From Candidatus Omnitrophota bacterium (GTDB taxonomy: Bacteria > Omnitrophota > Gorgyraeia > Gygaellales > Profunditerraquicolaceae): a stretch of DNA of 64,000 nucleotides. The notes beneath the pieces are model-generated. The model did no database searches. It worked only from the letters and a program-made list of their open reading frames with translations, and was not told where the DNA came from. The position numbers were made by a program, and so were the translations under genes. This document shows positions 48,475 to 58,423 of this stretch, piece after piece; position 1 is the stretch's first letter, and the number at the start of each line of letters is the position of its first letter. Where the stretch lies: NCBI GenBank assembly GCA_028712255.1, contig JAQTQJ010000007.1, positions 10,425 to 74,424 of the forward strand, in the 5' to 3' direction.

Positions 48475-50000
48475 TAGGAAAAAACATAAGTTTTATCGTA
48501 TTGAGTAGGGCCGTCTTTATGCTGATATCATTTATGCTCTTTCCTTTCATAGTGGCGCATGTTGGAAAAGAGGTATACGGTGTTTACTTAATTGTTATAA
48601 GTGTTACTGGCTACTTCGGTGTGATTGATTTTGGCATGATGTCAGCGCTCATGAAATATGTATCCGAATATCATGGTAAAGGCGACTTTAAGGGTATTAA
48701 CCGGATTATTAATGCGTCGTTTTCGTTCTATGTCGTTGCTGGCGTTGTTATTTCAGTATTATTATTTTTGAGTTCAAAGTATTTTACTTATTTTTTCAAG
48801 ATTGATCCCGCAAATATTCAGGTTATGAGGAATCTGTTTATTGTAGCATCGGTATCCTCTTTATTCATATGGCCGATGAGTACCTTTCGCGGGGCTATTC
48901 AAGGATTAAATATGTGGGGAACCGATGTAGTGGTTAGTATTTCTAGCCAGATCTTGCTGGCGTTAGCTACTTTTTTCATGCTTAGTAAAGGATATGGCAT
49001 CGTTCGACTTTTTATCGCTATGCAGGTGCTGACTGTTATTGGTAATTTTGTTCTTTATTGCATGGTGCGCAAGCGTATTGGTTTACGGATACTTTTTCCA
49101 TATACGGAGATACGCACGTTCAAATTTATATTTAATTTCAGTTTTTTTATGTTCCTTAGTTCATTAATAATGATATTTATTTCTCAAGTACATAATATCA
49201 TTATTGGTTATTTTATCTCTATGTCCGCAGTGTCTATATATGCCGTTGCTTATAACTTACAAAATTATTTTCGTGTTATAAATTCAACGATAGGTGGGCC
49301 TTCTTGGATAGTTACCTCAGAAATGGAAGGCGCATATGATTATGAGCGCCAAAAGCAGATTTTACTCAAAGGCACGAAGTTTATGTCCGCCGTATTTTTG
49401 CCTATTATAATAATTGTTTTTGTCTTTATTGAGCCGTTCATTTATTTTTGGATGGGCCCGGCCTTTGGCGATAGTATTATTCCTGCGAGGATAATCATAG
49501 TATGTTGGCTTTTTAACGGTACTTCCGAACTGGCTACTGGGTTACTTTCCGCTAAAGGTATTGTGCGTCAGCCACTCATGATTCTGTTGGTTGCTGCGGT
49601 TGTGAATCTGTTGGTTAGTATTACTTTTATTAAGGCGTTAGGCATAATTGCTGTAGCTTTGGGGATGGCTATTTCAATTATTTTTATAGCTTTCCCCTTG
49701 TTTTTACGATTGGCGTTAACTACCTTAAAGATATCTTTTGCAGAATATTTTAATAGAAGTATAAAAGTAAATTTATTACTATATCTGTTTGTGGTTGTAT
49801 TGTCCACGGTAGTCTTGTTTTGTTTCCATCCAATTAATTTTGCTTTTACTCTTTTTGAAATGTCATTGGTATATATTATTTCGTTAATTTTTTATTATTT
49901 TTGGCTACTAAAGCCTATTGAAAGGGAAGATATAAAAAAAGTTATTGGTTTTGATGCGCTTTATCGGCAAATTACCCTAGTAAAAGGGATATTTGGATAA
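48456..50000 (+). CDS. wzx: Wzx-type polysaccharide flippase (MOP superfamily)
   Basis: 514-aa multi-TM protein with a typical Wzx N-terminus 'LSRAVFMLISFMLFPFIVAHVGKEVYGVY'. Confidence 0.7.
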   Translation: MSKARLIGKNISFIVLSRAVFMLISFMLFPFIVAHVGKEVYGVYLIVISVTGYFGVIDFGMMSALMKYVSEYHGKGDFKGINRIINASFSFYVVAGVVISVLLFLSSKYFTYFFKIDPANIQVMRNLFIVASVSSLFIWPMSTFRGAIQGLNMWGTDVVVSISSQILLALATFFMLSKGYGIVRLFIAMQVLTVIGNFVLYCMVRKRIGLRILFPYTEIRTFKFIFNFSFFMFLSSLIMIFISQVHNIIIGYFISMSAVSIYAVAYNLQNYFRVINSTIGGPSWIVTSEMEGAYDYERQKQILLKGTKFMSAVFLPIIIIVFVFIEPFIYFWMGPAFGDSIIPARIIIVCWLFNGTSELATGLLSAKGIVRQPLMILLVAAVVNLLVSITFIKALGIIAVALGMAISIIFIAFPLFLRLALTTLKISFAEYFNRSIKVNLLLYLFVVVLSTVVLFCFHPINFAFTLFEMSLVYIISLIFYYFWLLKPIEREDIKKVIGFDALYRQITLVKGIFG

Positions 50001-50018
50001 ATTTTGTAGGAGTCTGAA

Positions 50019-51785
50019 ATGGGTTCGGGTCGACAATTTTTAGCTACAACGGGAATTTCTGAATTTTGGAATACCGATGAAGCAATTCTTCTTCTAGGGC
50101 CATGGTGTCTTATGGGGGAGAAAAGCAGGAAATTGATTGATACCAAGACTTATCCTATTGTTCCTTCTCCGTGGAAGCCTGCCAAAAAGGTAAAGAATGC
50201 GGCAGATTTGTGCCATGATATTTATGAAAACGTGCTACCTGAATTGTCTGAACAATTAAATTTAGTCCATGACGTCGGTTATTCGGAGAAATATTGGAGA
50301 GTGCTTATTGGGCCATGGCTGACTCAGTTTATAGAGGTGCTTTATGAGAGATGTGTCAGAGTAGATAATGCATTTGCGCTTTTTCCGGATACCTATACTT
50401 ACATTTTGCCCGGGTCTCTTTCTAAGTCATTGTCTTTAGAAACATATGATTCTATTTCTGCTCAGTGCGTGGAAGATGATTTTTATAATTTAAAATTATT
50501 TAGTCAGATAATACGCAATCTTTATCCTGAAAAGGCCGTAGAAAAGAATATTACTATATCTATTTCCGATAGGAGGAGCATTCAAAATACTAAATTTATT
50601 AAAAAGGCTTTTTATGGCATAAAAAAAATAAGAAACATATTCAAGCATCCATCTATAATTTTAAGTGATATGTATCATTTTGATTTTATGCAGATATTAT
50701 CTTTAGAATCAAGATTGTATTTGAATCCAGTTATCTTTGAGAATTTTGATAATGCGATTAATGTGGTGAGTTCTAGCGGATATTCGGAAGAAAAAAGAAA
50801 GAAAATAAGATTTGAAAAAGTATCTGGTAAATTTCCTAGTTTATTGCGACAATTATTGCCTATTGCAATACCAAAGTCTTATATCGAGAATTTTAATGAA
50901 TATAAAAAAGGAGTAAAGCCTAAAAATATAAAAGCTATTGGTTCGGCAGTGGGTTGGTATCATAACGAAAATTTTAAATTTTTTGCTGCAGAAGCTGCTT
51001 TGACAGATGCGAAGCTTTTAAGTTTTCAGCAGGGAGGTGGTTATGGTATGGCCCTGACTTGCCCTGTTGTAAATACCGGAGTGGAGAATAGTATATTTTA
51101 TGCTTGGGGATGTAATTCAAGGATTAATAAAACCAGAACATTACCGAGCCCGCACCTTTCCAAATTAGTAGATAGTCATTTCACCCTATCTGATAAAATC
51201 ATATTTGTTGGAACAAGCGTGCCTAAGTATCAATATAGATTTAATTCTACTCTATTTCCTGATGACATGACGAAATATTTTGAAGATAAGCGGATTTTTT
51301 TAAAATCTTTACCAGAACGTCTTAAGGATAGGATTTTTTATCGTCCGTACCATTATGAATATGGTTGGGGAGAAAAGGAATTTATTAAGAATATTTTACC
51401 TAATGTTATTTTTTTGTCGAAAGGTAATTTGACTAAATATATGCAGCAGGCAAAATTAGTCGTAATCGATCATCCGCATACTTCTTTTTTGGAAGCACTT
51501 ACCATTAATGTTCCTTCTGTTTTTTATTGGGATCACAAGGTCCACCTAATGCTACCCGAAGCGGAGGAATATTTTGATTTGTTGAGGATTGTGGGAATTT
51601 TGTATCAAGATCCTGTTAGCGCCGCGAAAAAAGTAAATGAAATCATTGATAATCCCATGGATTGGTGGTTAAAAAAAGAAGTTCAAAACGCAAGATCAAG
51701 ATTCTGTGAATATTTTGCTTGTGCACGAGAAAACTGGCTAGATACATGGACCTGCGAACTTAACAATATAGTAACACAGGGATGA
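50019..51785 (+). CDS. Large hypothetical protein (possible GT-B-like transferase)
   Basis: 588-aa soluble ORF. C-terminal 'LEALTINVPSVFYWDH' is GT-B-like. No firm family assignment. Confidence 0.35.
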   Translation: MGSGRQFLATTGISEFWNTDEAILLLGPWCLMGEKSRKLIDTKTYPIVPSPWKPAKKVKNAADLCHDIYENVLPELSEQLNLVHDVGYSEKYWRVLIGPWLTQFIEVLYERCVRVDNAFALFPDTYTYILPGSLSKSLSLETYDSISAQCVEDDFYNLKLFSQIIRNLYPEKAVEKNITISISDRRSIQNTKFIKKAFYGIKKIRNIFKHPSIILSDMYHFDFMQILSLESRLYLNPVIFENFDNAINVVSSSGYSEEKRKKIRFEKVSGKFPSLLRQLLPIAIPKSYIENFNEYKKGVKPKNIKAIGSAVGWYHNENFKFFAAEAALTDAKLLSFQQGGGYGMALTCPVVNTGVENSIFYAWGCNSRINKTRTLPSPHLSKLVDSHFTLSDKIIFVGTSVPKYQYRFNSTLFPDDMTKYFEDKRIFLKSLPERLKDRIFYRPYHYEYGWGEKEFIKNILPNVIFLSKGNLTKYMQQAKLVVIDHPHTSFLEALTINVPSVFYWDHKVHLMLPEAEEYFDLLRIVGILYQDPVSAAKKVNEIIDNPMDWWLKKEVQNARSRFCEYFACARENWLDTWTCELNNIVTQG

Positions 51786-51794
51786 AGAATATTT

Positions 51795-53300
51795 ATGGCA
51801 GAATTTAACGTGTTATTTATTTATCCCAATCTGCGTGGTATGAATATGCTGCCACCTGCTATCGCTATTTTTTCACGGATCTTAAAGGATAATGATTTTA
51901 ATGTGGCATTATTTGATACTACTTATTATCGGGTAGGAGAGTTTGATTCTGATAAGGAGAAGGAAAAAAATCTCCAGGTGCGGCCGTTTGATATGTCCGG
52001 ACAGGTTACCCTTAAGACTACAGACCCGCTTGATGACCTTGACCAACTTGTGCGTTCATGTCAACCTGATTTAATCGCATTGTCTGCGACAGAGGATATT
52101 TTCCCGGGAGGATTAAAGCTGCTAAAACATATAGATAAGTATAATATCCTTACGATTACCGGTGGAGTCTATCCTACTTTTGCTCCTGAGAAAGTAATTA
52201 GTCATAAAGAGGTTGATATTGTCTGTATTGGTGAGGGGGAAGAGGCTCTCTTAGAATTGTGTACACGATTACGCCAGGGTGTGGATTTTTCTAATATTCA
52301 TAATTTGTGGGTAAAAAATAAAGATGGGGAAATTATCCGTAATCCTTTAAAGTATCTTCAAGATATCAATAACGAACAATTACCGGATTTTACGTTGTTT
52401 GAAGAAGCCCGTTTCTATAGGCCTATGGCGGGTAAGGTATACCGCATGTTTCCCGTTGAAACACATAGAGGCTGTCCTTATCAATGCACCTATTGTAATG
52501 CTCCGGTTCAGAGAAAATTATATTCCGACGCCGGAGTTGGCAACTTTCTGCGCAAGAAAAAAATAGGCTTAGTGAAAAAAGAGCTTGAGTTTTACCGTGA
52601 TAAATGGAAGGCTGAGTATTTTTATTTCTGGGCAGAGACATTTCTTACCTATACGGATTCGGAGTTTGATGAATTTATTAAGATGTATAAGGATATCGAG
52701 ATTCCGTTTTGGTGCCAAACTAGGCCGGAGACAGTCAGCGAATACAGGATCAGTAAACTCAAGAATGTTGGTCTCCACAGGATTTCTATCGGTATTGAAC
52801 ATGGTAATGAAGAGTTTAGAAGGAAATATATTAAAAGAAATATTACCAATGATGCTATTGTGGAAGCGATCAATATTATTGCTGAGTGTAGCTTGCCTGC
52901 CGGCATCAGTGTTAATAATATTGTCGGTTTTCCGGATGAAACGCCTGAATTGGCAATGGATACTATTGAACTTAATCGTAGAATCGCGGATAAGGTTGAT
53001 ACGATGAATTGTTATGCGTTTGTTCCGTATCACGGCACCGGACTTCATGCATTATCAGTTAAGCGTGGCTTTATCAATGACGATACGCCTACCTCATGCC
53101 TTACCGGTGAGCCTGTGTTGGATATGCCACAGTTTCCTAAAGAGCGGGTTAAAGGTATTATACGTACCTTTTCTCTGTACGTAAAATTTGACAAATCGAG
53201 GTGGCCGGAAATTAAAATGGCGCAAAGTTATACTCCTGAGGGAAATAGGATATTCGAGGGATTACGCAACGAATATGTTAAGAAATATTTTTTTAAATGA
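51795..53300 (+). CDS. B12-binding domain radical SAM enzyme
   Basis: 'ETHRGCPYQCTYCNAP' CxxxCxxC motif. N-terminal B12-binding-like region 'LIALSATED', 'ITGGVYPT'. Confidence 0.85.
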   Translation: MAEFNVLFIYPNLRGMNMLPPAIAIFSRILKDNDFNVALFDTTYYRVGEFDSDKEKEKNLQVRPFDMSGQVTLKTTDPLDDLDQLVRSCQPDLIALSATEDIFPGGLKLLKHIDKYNILTITGGVYPTFAPEKVISHKEVDIVCIGEGEEALLELCTRLRQGVDFSNIHNLWVKNKDGEIIRNPLKYLQDINNEQLPDFTLFEEARFYRPMAGKVYRMFPVETHRGCPYQCTYCNAPVQRKLYSDAGVGNFLRKKKIGLVKKELEFYRDKWKAEYFYFWAETFLTYTDSEFDEFIKMYKDIEIPFWCQTRPETVSEYRISKLKNVGLHRISIGIEHGNEEFRRKYIKRNITNDAIVEAINIIAECSLPAGISVNNIVGFPDETPELAMDTIELNRRIADKVDTMNCYAFVPYHGTGLHALSVKRGFINDDTPTSCLTGEPVLDMPQFPKERVKGIIRTFSLYVKFDKSRWPEIKMAQSYTPEGNRIFEGLRNEYVKKYFFK

Positions 53301-53331
53301 TTTAGTTTTTAATTGATTAAGGAGGCCTAAT

Positions 53332-54117
53332 ATGAAAAAAACATCTTTGAAAGACAGGCTAAAAAGCGGTGAAATACTTTTAGGGTCCTGGAATATAATT
53401 CCTTCTGCGGCTTTAGTTGAAATCATCGGCTATAGCGGATTAGACTTTATCGTTATTGATTCCGAACACGGCTCTGTTAATATTGAATCCGCTGAGAATC
53501 TAATCCGAGCTGCTGAGATCACAGGAATGCCGTCAATATTACGTGTTCCCTGTAACGAGCCTAATTTTATATTGCGGGCACTTGATATTGGTGCTTGCGG
53601 TATACAAATACCGCATGTTTCTACAGAAGCTCAAGCTCGGTTAGCCGTGGAATCCGCAAAATACCATCCGAAAGGTAAGAGGGGGTTTTCTCCTTTTACC
53701 CGGGCAGCCCGTTATGGTTTAGACGCCCAAGGCTATACTAACAGGTCTAATGATAAGACTACTATTGTCCTGAATATAGAAGGTATTGATGGAGTAAGAA
53801 ACTTGAAAAAAATTGTAAAGGTTGTGGATATTGATGTTATTTTTATTGGGCCTTATGATTTATCCCAGTCTTTAGGCAAGCCCGGGCAGATTGAAGATAA
53901 GGAAATCATAAAATACATTCGACAGAGCGTAAAAACCGCAGAGGCCCAAGGCTTAGCTTGTGGCTCTTTTGCGCCAGATATGAAGTATTTAGAGATCCTG
54001 CTTGATTGCGGCGTTCGCTATTTGACATATATGGTTGATTCAGATTTAATTTTAAATAGTTATAAAACTATGCATGAGTCTATTCAACGTAAGATTACTC
54101 AAAAAATGAGCCGATAG
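53332..54117 (+). CDS. HpcH/HpaI-family class II (pyruvate-specific) aldolase
   Basis: 'ILLGSWNIIPSAALVEIIGYSGLDFIVIDSEHG' matches the HpcH/HpaI/citrate-lyase-beta family N-terminus. RBS 'aaggagg' upstream. Confidence 0.75.
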   Translation: MKKTSLKDRLKSGEILLGSWNIIPSAALVEIIGYSGLDFIVIDSEHGSVNIESAENLIRAAEITGMPSILRVPCNEPNFILRALDIGACGIQIPHVSTEAQARLAVESAKYHPKGKRGFSPFTRAARYGLDAQGYTNRSNDKTTIVLNIEGIDGVRNLKKIVKVVDIDVIFIGPYDLSQSLGKPGQIEDKEIIKYIRQSVKTAEAQGLACGSFAPDMKYLEILLDCGVRYLTYMVDSDLILNSYKTMHESIQRKITQKMSR

Positions 54118-55875
54118 ATGAATATTGCCAAGACTTCAAATTTTCAAATATTAGACTGTACTATTAGAGACGGGGGATACCTTAATAGTTGGAAATTTGA
54201 AAAAAAATTGGTTAGGGAATTGTATCGCGCCTTATCAAAATCAGGAGTTGATTATATTGAGATAGGTTATCGGGGCTCGACAAAACATTTCAATAGCGAT
54301 GATTATGGGATATGGAGATTTAGCCCTGAAGAGACGATCCGTGAAGTTGTTTCTAATATTGATGGCGCAAAATTAGCTTTAATGGTTGATTACGGCAAAA
54401 TTGAGCCAGAGGATTTTTGTGATGCTGGTGATAGCATGGTTGAGCTTGTCCGTTTAGCGGCGAATAAGGACTGTTTTAAAGAAGCCATTGCATTGTTAGA
54501 ACAGATCAAAGTAAAGGGTTATAAGGTATCGTTAAATCTAATGAATTATAACAACTTTTTAGAAAATGAACGTAATGAACTTATTACAATGCTTAAAGGT
54601 ACTGGTATCGATTATATTTATGTCGTTGATAGCTATGGTTCATTATTTCCGCATCAGATTGGTTCAATCGTAGAGCCTTTATTGAGTATTCCGAAAATTA
54701 AAGTTGGTTTTCATCCGCATAATAGTTTGCAGATGGCTTTTGCCAATTCTCTGGAAGCGGTGCGTTGCGGTGTTCATATACTTGATTCCACTGTTTATGG
54801 TATGGGCAGGGCTGCCGGCAATCTACCGACGGAGATCATGATTGCTTTTCTTGAAAAAGAGAAGAAAGACAGGTACAATTCCATACCTTTGCTTAATATT
54901 ATTGATAGGTATTTTGTTAACCTGTTTAATGAAAACAAATGGGGATATCAATTGCCCTATATGTTATCCGGAATGTTCCAGTGTCATCCTAATTATGCCA
55001 AAACTTTAGTGGAAACTCACGAATATACTATTGAGGATATTTGGAAGGCTATGGAATATATTCATCTTAAAAAGCCTGTGGGGTTTTCAAAGAAAATTTT
55101 AGATGATCTTATGAGTGAGGGGATCATGCGCGGCCCTGATAATCAAAATACAAGAAGTGCGCCGAAGAAGACAGGAAGTAATTCTCGCACAGACAGGTAT
55201 ACTCAAGTTGAAATTTCGTATATTAATCGTCATAAAGATCGCGACTTTCTTATTCTTGCCAATGGCCCCTCTCTTAATGAATATAAAGATAAGATAAATA
55301 CATTTATAGAAAAGTATGACCCTGTTGTTCTTGGCGCAAATTATATGGGAGGGCTTTTTAAACTTCATTACCATGCATTTACTAATAAACGTAGATTTGA
55401 TTCTTATATTGATACCGTTGATCCGGATTCAAAATTATTAATTGGCCGTTCAATATCAGAGGAGTTGATTCGGGAATATACCGATAGAGTTTATGAACGG
55501 CTGTCTTATATTGATGCGCTTGATCCCCACTTTGATATTCAAGATGGCCTTATTACTACAAATTGTCGTACCGTTGCCATTTTACTTTTGGCTCTGGCGA
55601 TAGTTATGGGAGCCCGGAGAATATTTGCCGTAGGTATGGATGGTTATATTCAGAATCAAACAAGTGAAAATATGCATTTTTACAAAGAAAAGGACGAAAA
55701 AGAGGACCGGGGGATGATTCTTGAGATGCATCGTTGGTGCCAGTATTTTCTTGAACAAATTGACGCTTACTTGATTGCCAGAGGAAAAGAGGGTATACAT
55801 ATTCTTACTCCTACTAATTACCGAGCATTTTATAAGGGCCTGGAGAATTATATTGGGAAAACGAAAGATAAATAA
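54118..55875 (+). CDS. Fusion: N-terminal DRE-TIM metallolyase (HMGL-like / 4-hydroxy-2-oxovalerate aldolase-like) domain plus C-terminal DUF115 (MptE/Maf-like) domain
   Basis: 'ILDCTIRDGGY' DRE-TIM signature at the N-terminus. C-terminal 'FLILANGPSL...VVLGANYMGG...FAVGMDGY' resembles DUF115. Confidence 0.55.
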   Translation: MNIAKTSNFQILDCTIRDGGYLNSWKFEKKLVRELYRALSKSGVDYIEIGYRGSTKHFNSDDYGIWRFSPEETIREVVSNIDGAKLALMVDYGKIEPEDFCDAGDSMVELVRLAANKDCFKEAIALLEQIKVKGYKVSLNLMNYNNFLENERNELITMLKGTGIDYIYVVDSYGSLFPHQIGSIVEPLLSIPKIKVGFHPHNSLQMAFANSLEAVRCGVHILDSTVYGMGRAAGNLPTEIMIAFLEKEKKDRYNSIPLLNIIDRYFVNLFNENKWGYQLPYMLSGMFQCHPNYAKTLVETHEYTIEDIWKAMEYIHLKKPVGFSKKILDDLMSEGIMRGPDNQNTRSAPKKTGSNSRTDRYTQVEISYINRHKDRDFLILANGPSLNEYKDKINTFIEKYDPVVLGANYMGGLFKLHYHAFTNKRRFDSYIDTVDPDSKLLIGRSISEELIREYTDRVYERLSYIDALDPHFDIQDGLITTNCRTVAILLLALAIVMGARRIFAVGMDGYIQNQTSENMHFYKEKDEKEDRGMILEMHRWCQYFLEQIDAYLIARGKEGIHILTPTNYRAFYKGLENYIGKTKDK

Positions 55876-55882
55876 TTCTGAT

Positions 55883-56896
55883 ATGAATAGAGCAAGATAT
55901 AACAGGCTAAAGAAAATTCTACAACAAAGAAAGTTATTTAAGTTAGTTTGTGGAGCAGGTAACGAAGATCCTGAGGAGGTAAAGCGGCTAGCGTTTATAT
56001 TTACTCTTGCCGGTTCGACCATGCTTGATTTATCGGCGAATGCCGATATTGTTGATGCTGCAGCAGAAGGCATACGTAAAGCTTATGAAATTGCACCGTT
56101 ATTAGGTAGAGATATAAGAGTAAAACCATATTTAAATGTAAGTATTGGCCTTAAAGGTGATCCGCATGTTCGCAAGGCCCAGATTAATTTAGATAACTGC
56201 AGTAAATGCGGCCTATGCATAACAGTATGCCAGCAGAAAGCAATAAGTGATGATTGCAAGGTGGTGAAATATCGATGTATTGGTTGCGGGCATTGTGAAA
56301 CGATTTGTCCGAAGGCAGCAATACAATATATAAGCAAAAGATTGGATTTTAATAAGATACTTCCTTTATGTATTCAGAGGGGAGTTGAAACCTTAGAGTT
56401 GCATGCTGCCATAGATGATGATAAGGCATTTTTAGCGGATTGGAAAATCATTAATAATTTAATTCAAGGTAATTTTATCAGTTTATGTATCGATCGATCT
56501 CTTTTATCGGATGAGCATCTTATTGATAGAATCAAGATGGCATATGTATTAACAGGGGAACGCCTGATAATTCAAGCTGATGGTATTCCGATGAGCGGCA
56601 GTGAAAATGATGATTATAATAATACGCTGCAAGCTATTGCTTGTGCTGATATAGTTGGAAAAAGCAAGATACCGGTTAAGATTGTTTTGTCAGGGGGAAC
56701 AAACCGTAAAACCGGATTATTGGCTAAACAATGTGCTGTGGGCGTTCATGGAGTGGCAATTGGCAGCTTTGCCAGGAAAATTGTGAAAGAGTTTATATCT
56801 CAGGATAAATTTTACGATAATAAATCATTAATAAAGAAAGCGGTATCAGTTGCGGATGAATTGATACGTGTTAATTTAGAGGCGATAGGTGATTAA
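55883..56896 (+). CDS. 4Fe-4S dicluster (ferredoxin-type) domain-containing protein of unknown function
   Basis: Two CxxCxxCxxxCP motifs ('CSKCGLCITVCQ', 'CIGCGHCETICP') embedded in an alpha/beta-rich protein. ATG 55883 is chosen to avoid overlap. Confidence 0.6.
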   Translation: MNRARYNRLKKILQQRKLFKLVCGAGNEDPEEVKRLAFIFTLAGSTMLDLSANADIVDAAAEGIRKAYEIAPLLGRDIRVKPYLNVSIGLKGDPHVRKAQINLDNCSKCGLCITVCQQKAISDDCKVVKYRCIGCGHCETICPKAAIQYISKRLDFNKILPLCIQRGVETLELHAAIDDDKAFLADWKIINNLIQGNFISLCIDRSLLSDEHLIDRIKMAYVLTGERLIIQADGIPMSGSENDDYNNTLQAIACADIVGKSKIPVKIVLSGGTNRKTGLLAKQCAVGVHGVAIGSFARKIVKEFISQDKFYDNKSLIKKAVSVADELIRVNLEAIGD

Positions 56897-57644
56897 TTTA
56901 AAGGTTAACGATAGAATAATAGAAAAAGTGAGGCTGGTGATTTTTGACAAGGATGGAACTCTTATGAATCTTTACCATTATTGGTCAAATATGGTTGATT
57001 ATAGGGTTGAATTTGCTAGAAAAAGACTCGGGTTTAATTTAAAACAAAAATCAGAGATTATGTTTTTGATGGGGGTTGATTTTGCGAACGAACGGTTAAG
57101 AAATGATGGTCCGGTTGGGATTAAGAAGCGGGAAATTGTTATGGCGGCAATGGAGAAAGCTCTCTTAGCTATAGGTTTTGTTGATACTCATGATCTTTGT
57201 TTGAAAGCCTTTAAAGAAGCTGATGAAATAAGCTTGCAACATTTGAATGAAATAATAAGGCCGGTAAATGGCATGAAGGAACTTATTAATTTCTTGAGTA
57301 AATGCGGATGTAGCATTGCATTGGCCACTACTGATAAGACCCAGCGTGCGAAATTAGCACTTGATGTGCTAGGGATATCCGATAAAGTTGATATTGTTGT
57401 TGGCGAGGATATGGTTAAGAATTACAAGCCGCACCCTGATATGATCAATTTTATTCTGGATAAGCTTTCAGTGGATAAGGTCAATGCCGTAATGGTAGGG
57501 GATGCAATTACGGATATCGAGATGGGAAATAACGCTAAGCTTAAAGCTTCGATAGCTGTTTTGAGTGGAATAGCTTCAAAAGAAGAGTTTGTTGGAAAGA
57601 CAGAATATATTATTTCGGATATATCTCAAATAACCGTAGTTTAA
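56889..57644 (+). CDS. HAD-superfamily hydrolase (phosphatase)
   Basis: Motif I 'VIFDKDGTLM' and motif IV 'VGDAITDIEMG'. GTG start. Confidence 0.7.
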   Translation: MINLKVNDRIIEKVRLVIFDKDGTLMNLYHYWSNMVDYRVEFARKRLGFNLKQKSEIMFLMGVDFANERLRNDGPVGIKKREIVMAAMEKALLAIGFVDTHDLCLKAFKEADEISLQHLNEIIRPVNGMKELINFLSKCGCSIALATTDKTQRAKLALDVLGISDKVDIVVGEDMVKNYKPHPDMINFILDKLSVDKVNAVMVGDAITDIEMGNNAKLKASIAVLSGIASKEEFVGKTEYIISDISQITVV

Positions 57645-57661
57645 TTATTAGGGAAATTACT

Positions 57662-58402
57662 ATGAAAATAATAGGGATAATACCAGCTAGGATGAAGTCA
57701 TCGCGGTTTCCGGGAAAGCCGCTCGTGGATATTTTAGGCATGCCGATGGTGATTCATGTGCTTAAAAGAGCTCAGTTAAGTAAAAAATTAGCAGAGGTTT
57801 TTGTCGCTACTGATTCCCGGGAGATATTTGATTGCGTATCAAGTTATGGTGGTAAAGCAGTTATGACATATGCTGTGCATCAGACTGGTACAGACAGGAT
57901 AGCGGAAGCTTCTGATAAATTAACATGTGATATAGTTGTAAATATTCAAGGAGATGAGCCTTTGGTTAAGCCGAAGGATATTGATAAGTTAGTTGAGTCT
58001 ATGGTGGTTGAGCCGGCAGTCAATTTTGCGACCTTGGTATGCAAAACACCGCAATTTGGTGAAATAACAGAATGCAAGGTAGTAATGGATCGTAATAAAG
58101 ATATTATGTATATGTCCCGTTCGGATATACCATCAAGTACCAGGTTACAAGTTTCATATTTATATAAGCTTTATTGTGTAGTAGCTTTCCGTAAGAAGTG
58201 GCTAAAGAAATTTTCTTCTTGGCCGCAAACAAAGCTAGAGAAAATTGAATATATCGAGTATTTACGTATTCTTGAAAATGGCTATAACTTTAGAGGTGTT
58301 GTAACCGATGAGTATACTACTTCCGTCGACACTCCAGAAGATTTAAAGGTTATTCTTAAAATTATGAAAAAGGATACCATTAAGTTTAAGTACCTAAAAT
58401 AA
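57662..58402 (+). CDS. KdsB-like cytidylyltransferase (CMP-3-deoxy-ulosonate synthetase family)
   Basis: 'IIPARMKSSRFPGKPLVDILGMPMVIHV' is the CMP-Kdo synthetase N-terminal signature. Confidence 0.75.
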   Translation: MKIIGIIPARMKSSRFPGKPLVDILGMPMVIHVLKRAQLSKKLAEVFVATDSREIFDCVSSYGGKAVMTYAVHQTGTDRIAEASDKLTCDIVVNIQGDEPLVKPKDIDKLVESMVVEPAVNFATLVCKTPQFGEITECKVVMDRNKDIMYMSRSDIPSSTRLQVSYLYKLYCVVAFRKKWLKKFSSWPQTKLEKIEYIEYLRILENGYNFRGVVTDEYTTSVDTPEDLKVILKIMKKDTIKFKYLK

Positions 58403-58423
58403 TACCTGCCGGAAAAGATTATC

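Noticed and set aside
52585-53007. 140-aa +-strand ORF in an alternative frame, plus two minus-strand ORFs (52569-53048 and 52649-52906).
   Set aside because: All are nested within the B12-rSAM gene 51795-53300, which has clear domain signatures. They have no start context or family resemblance.
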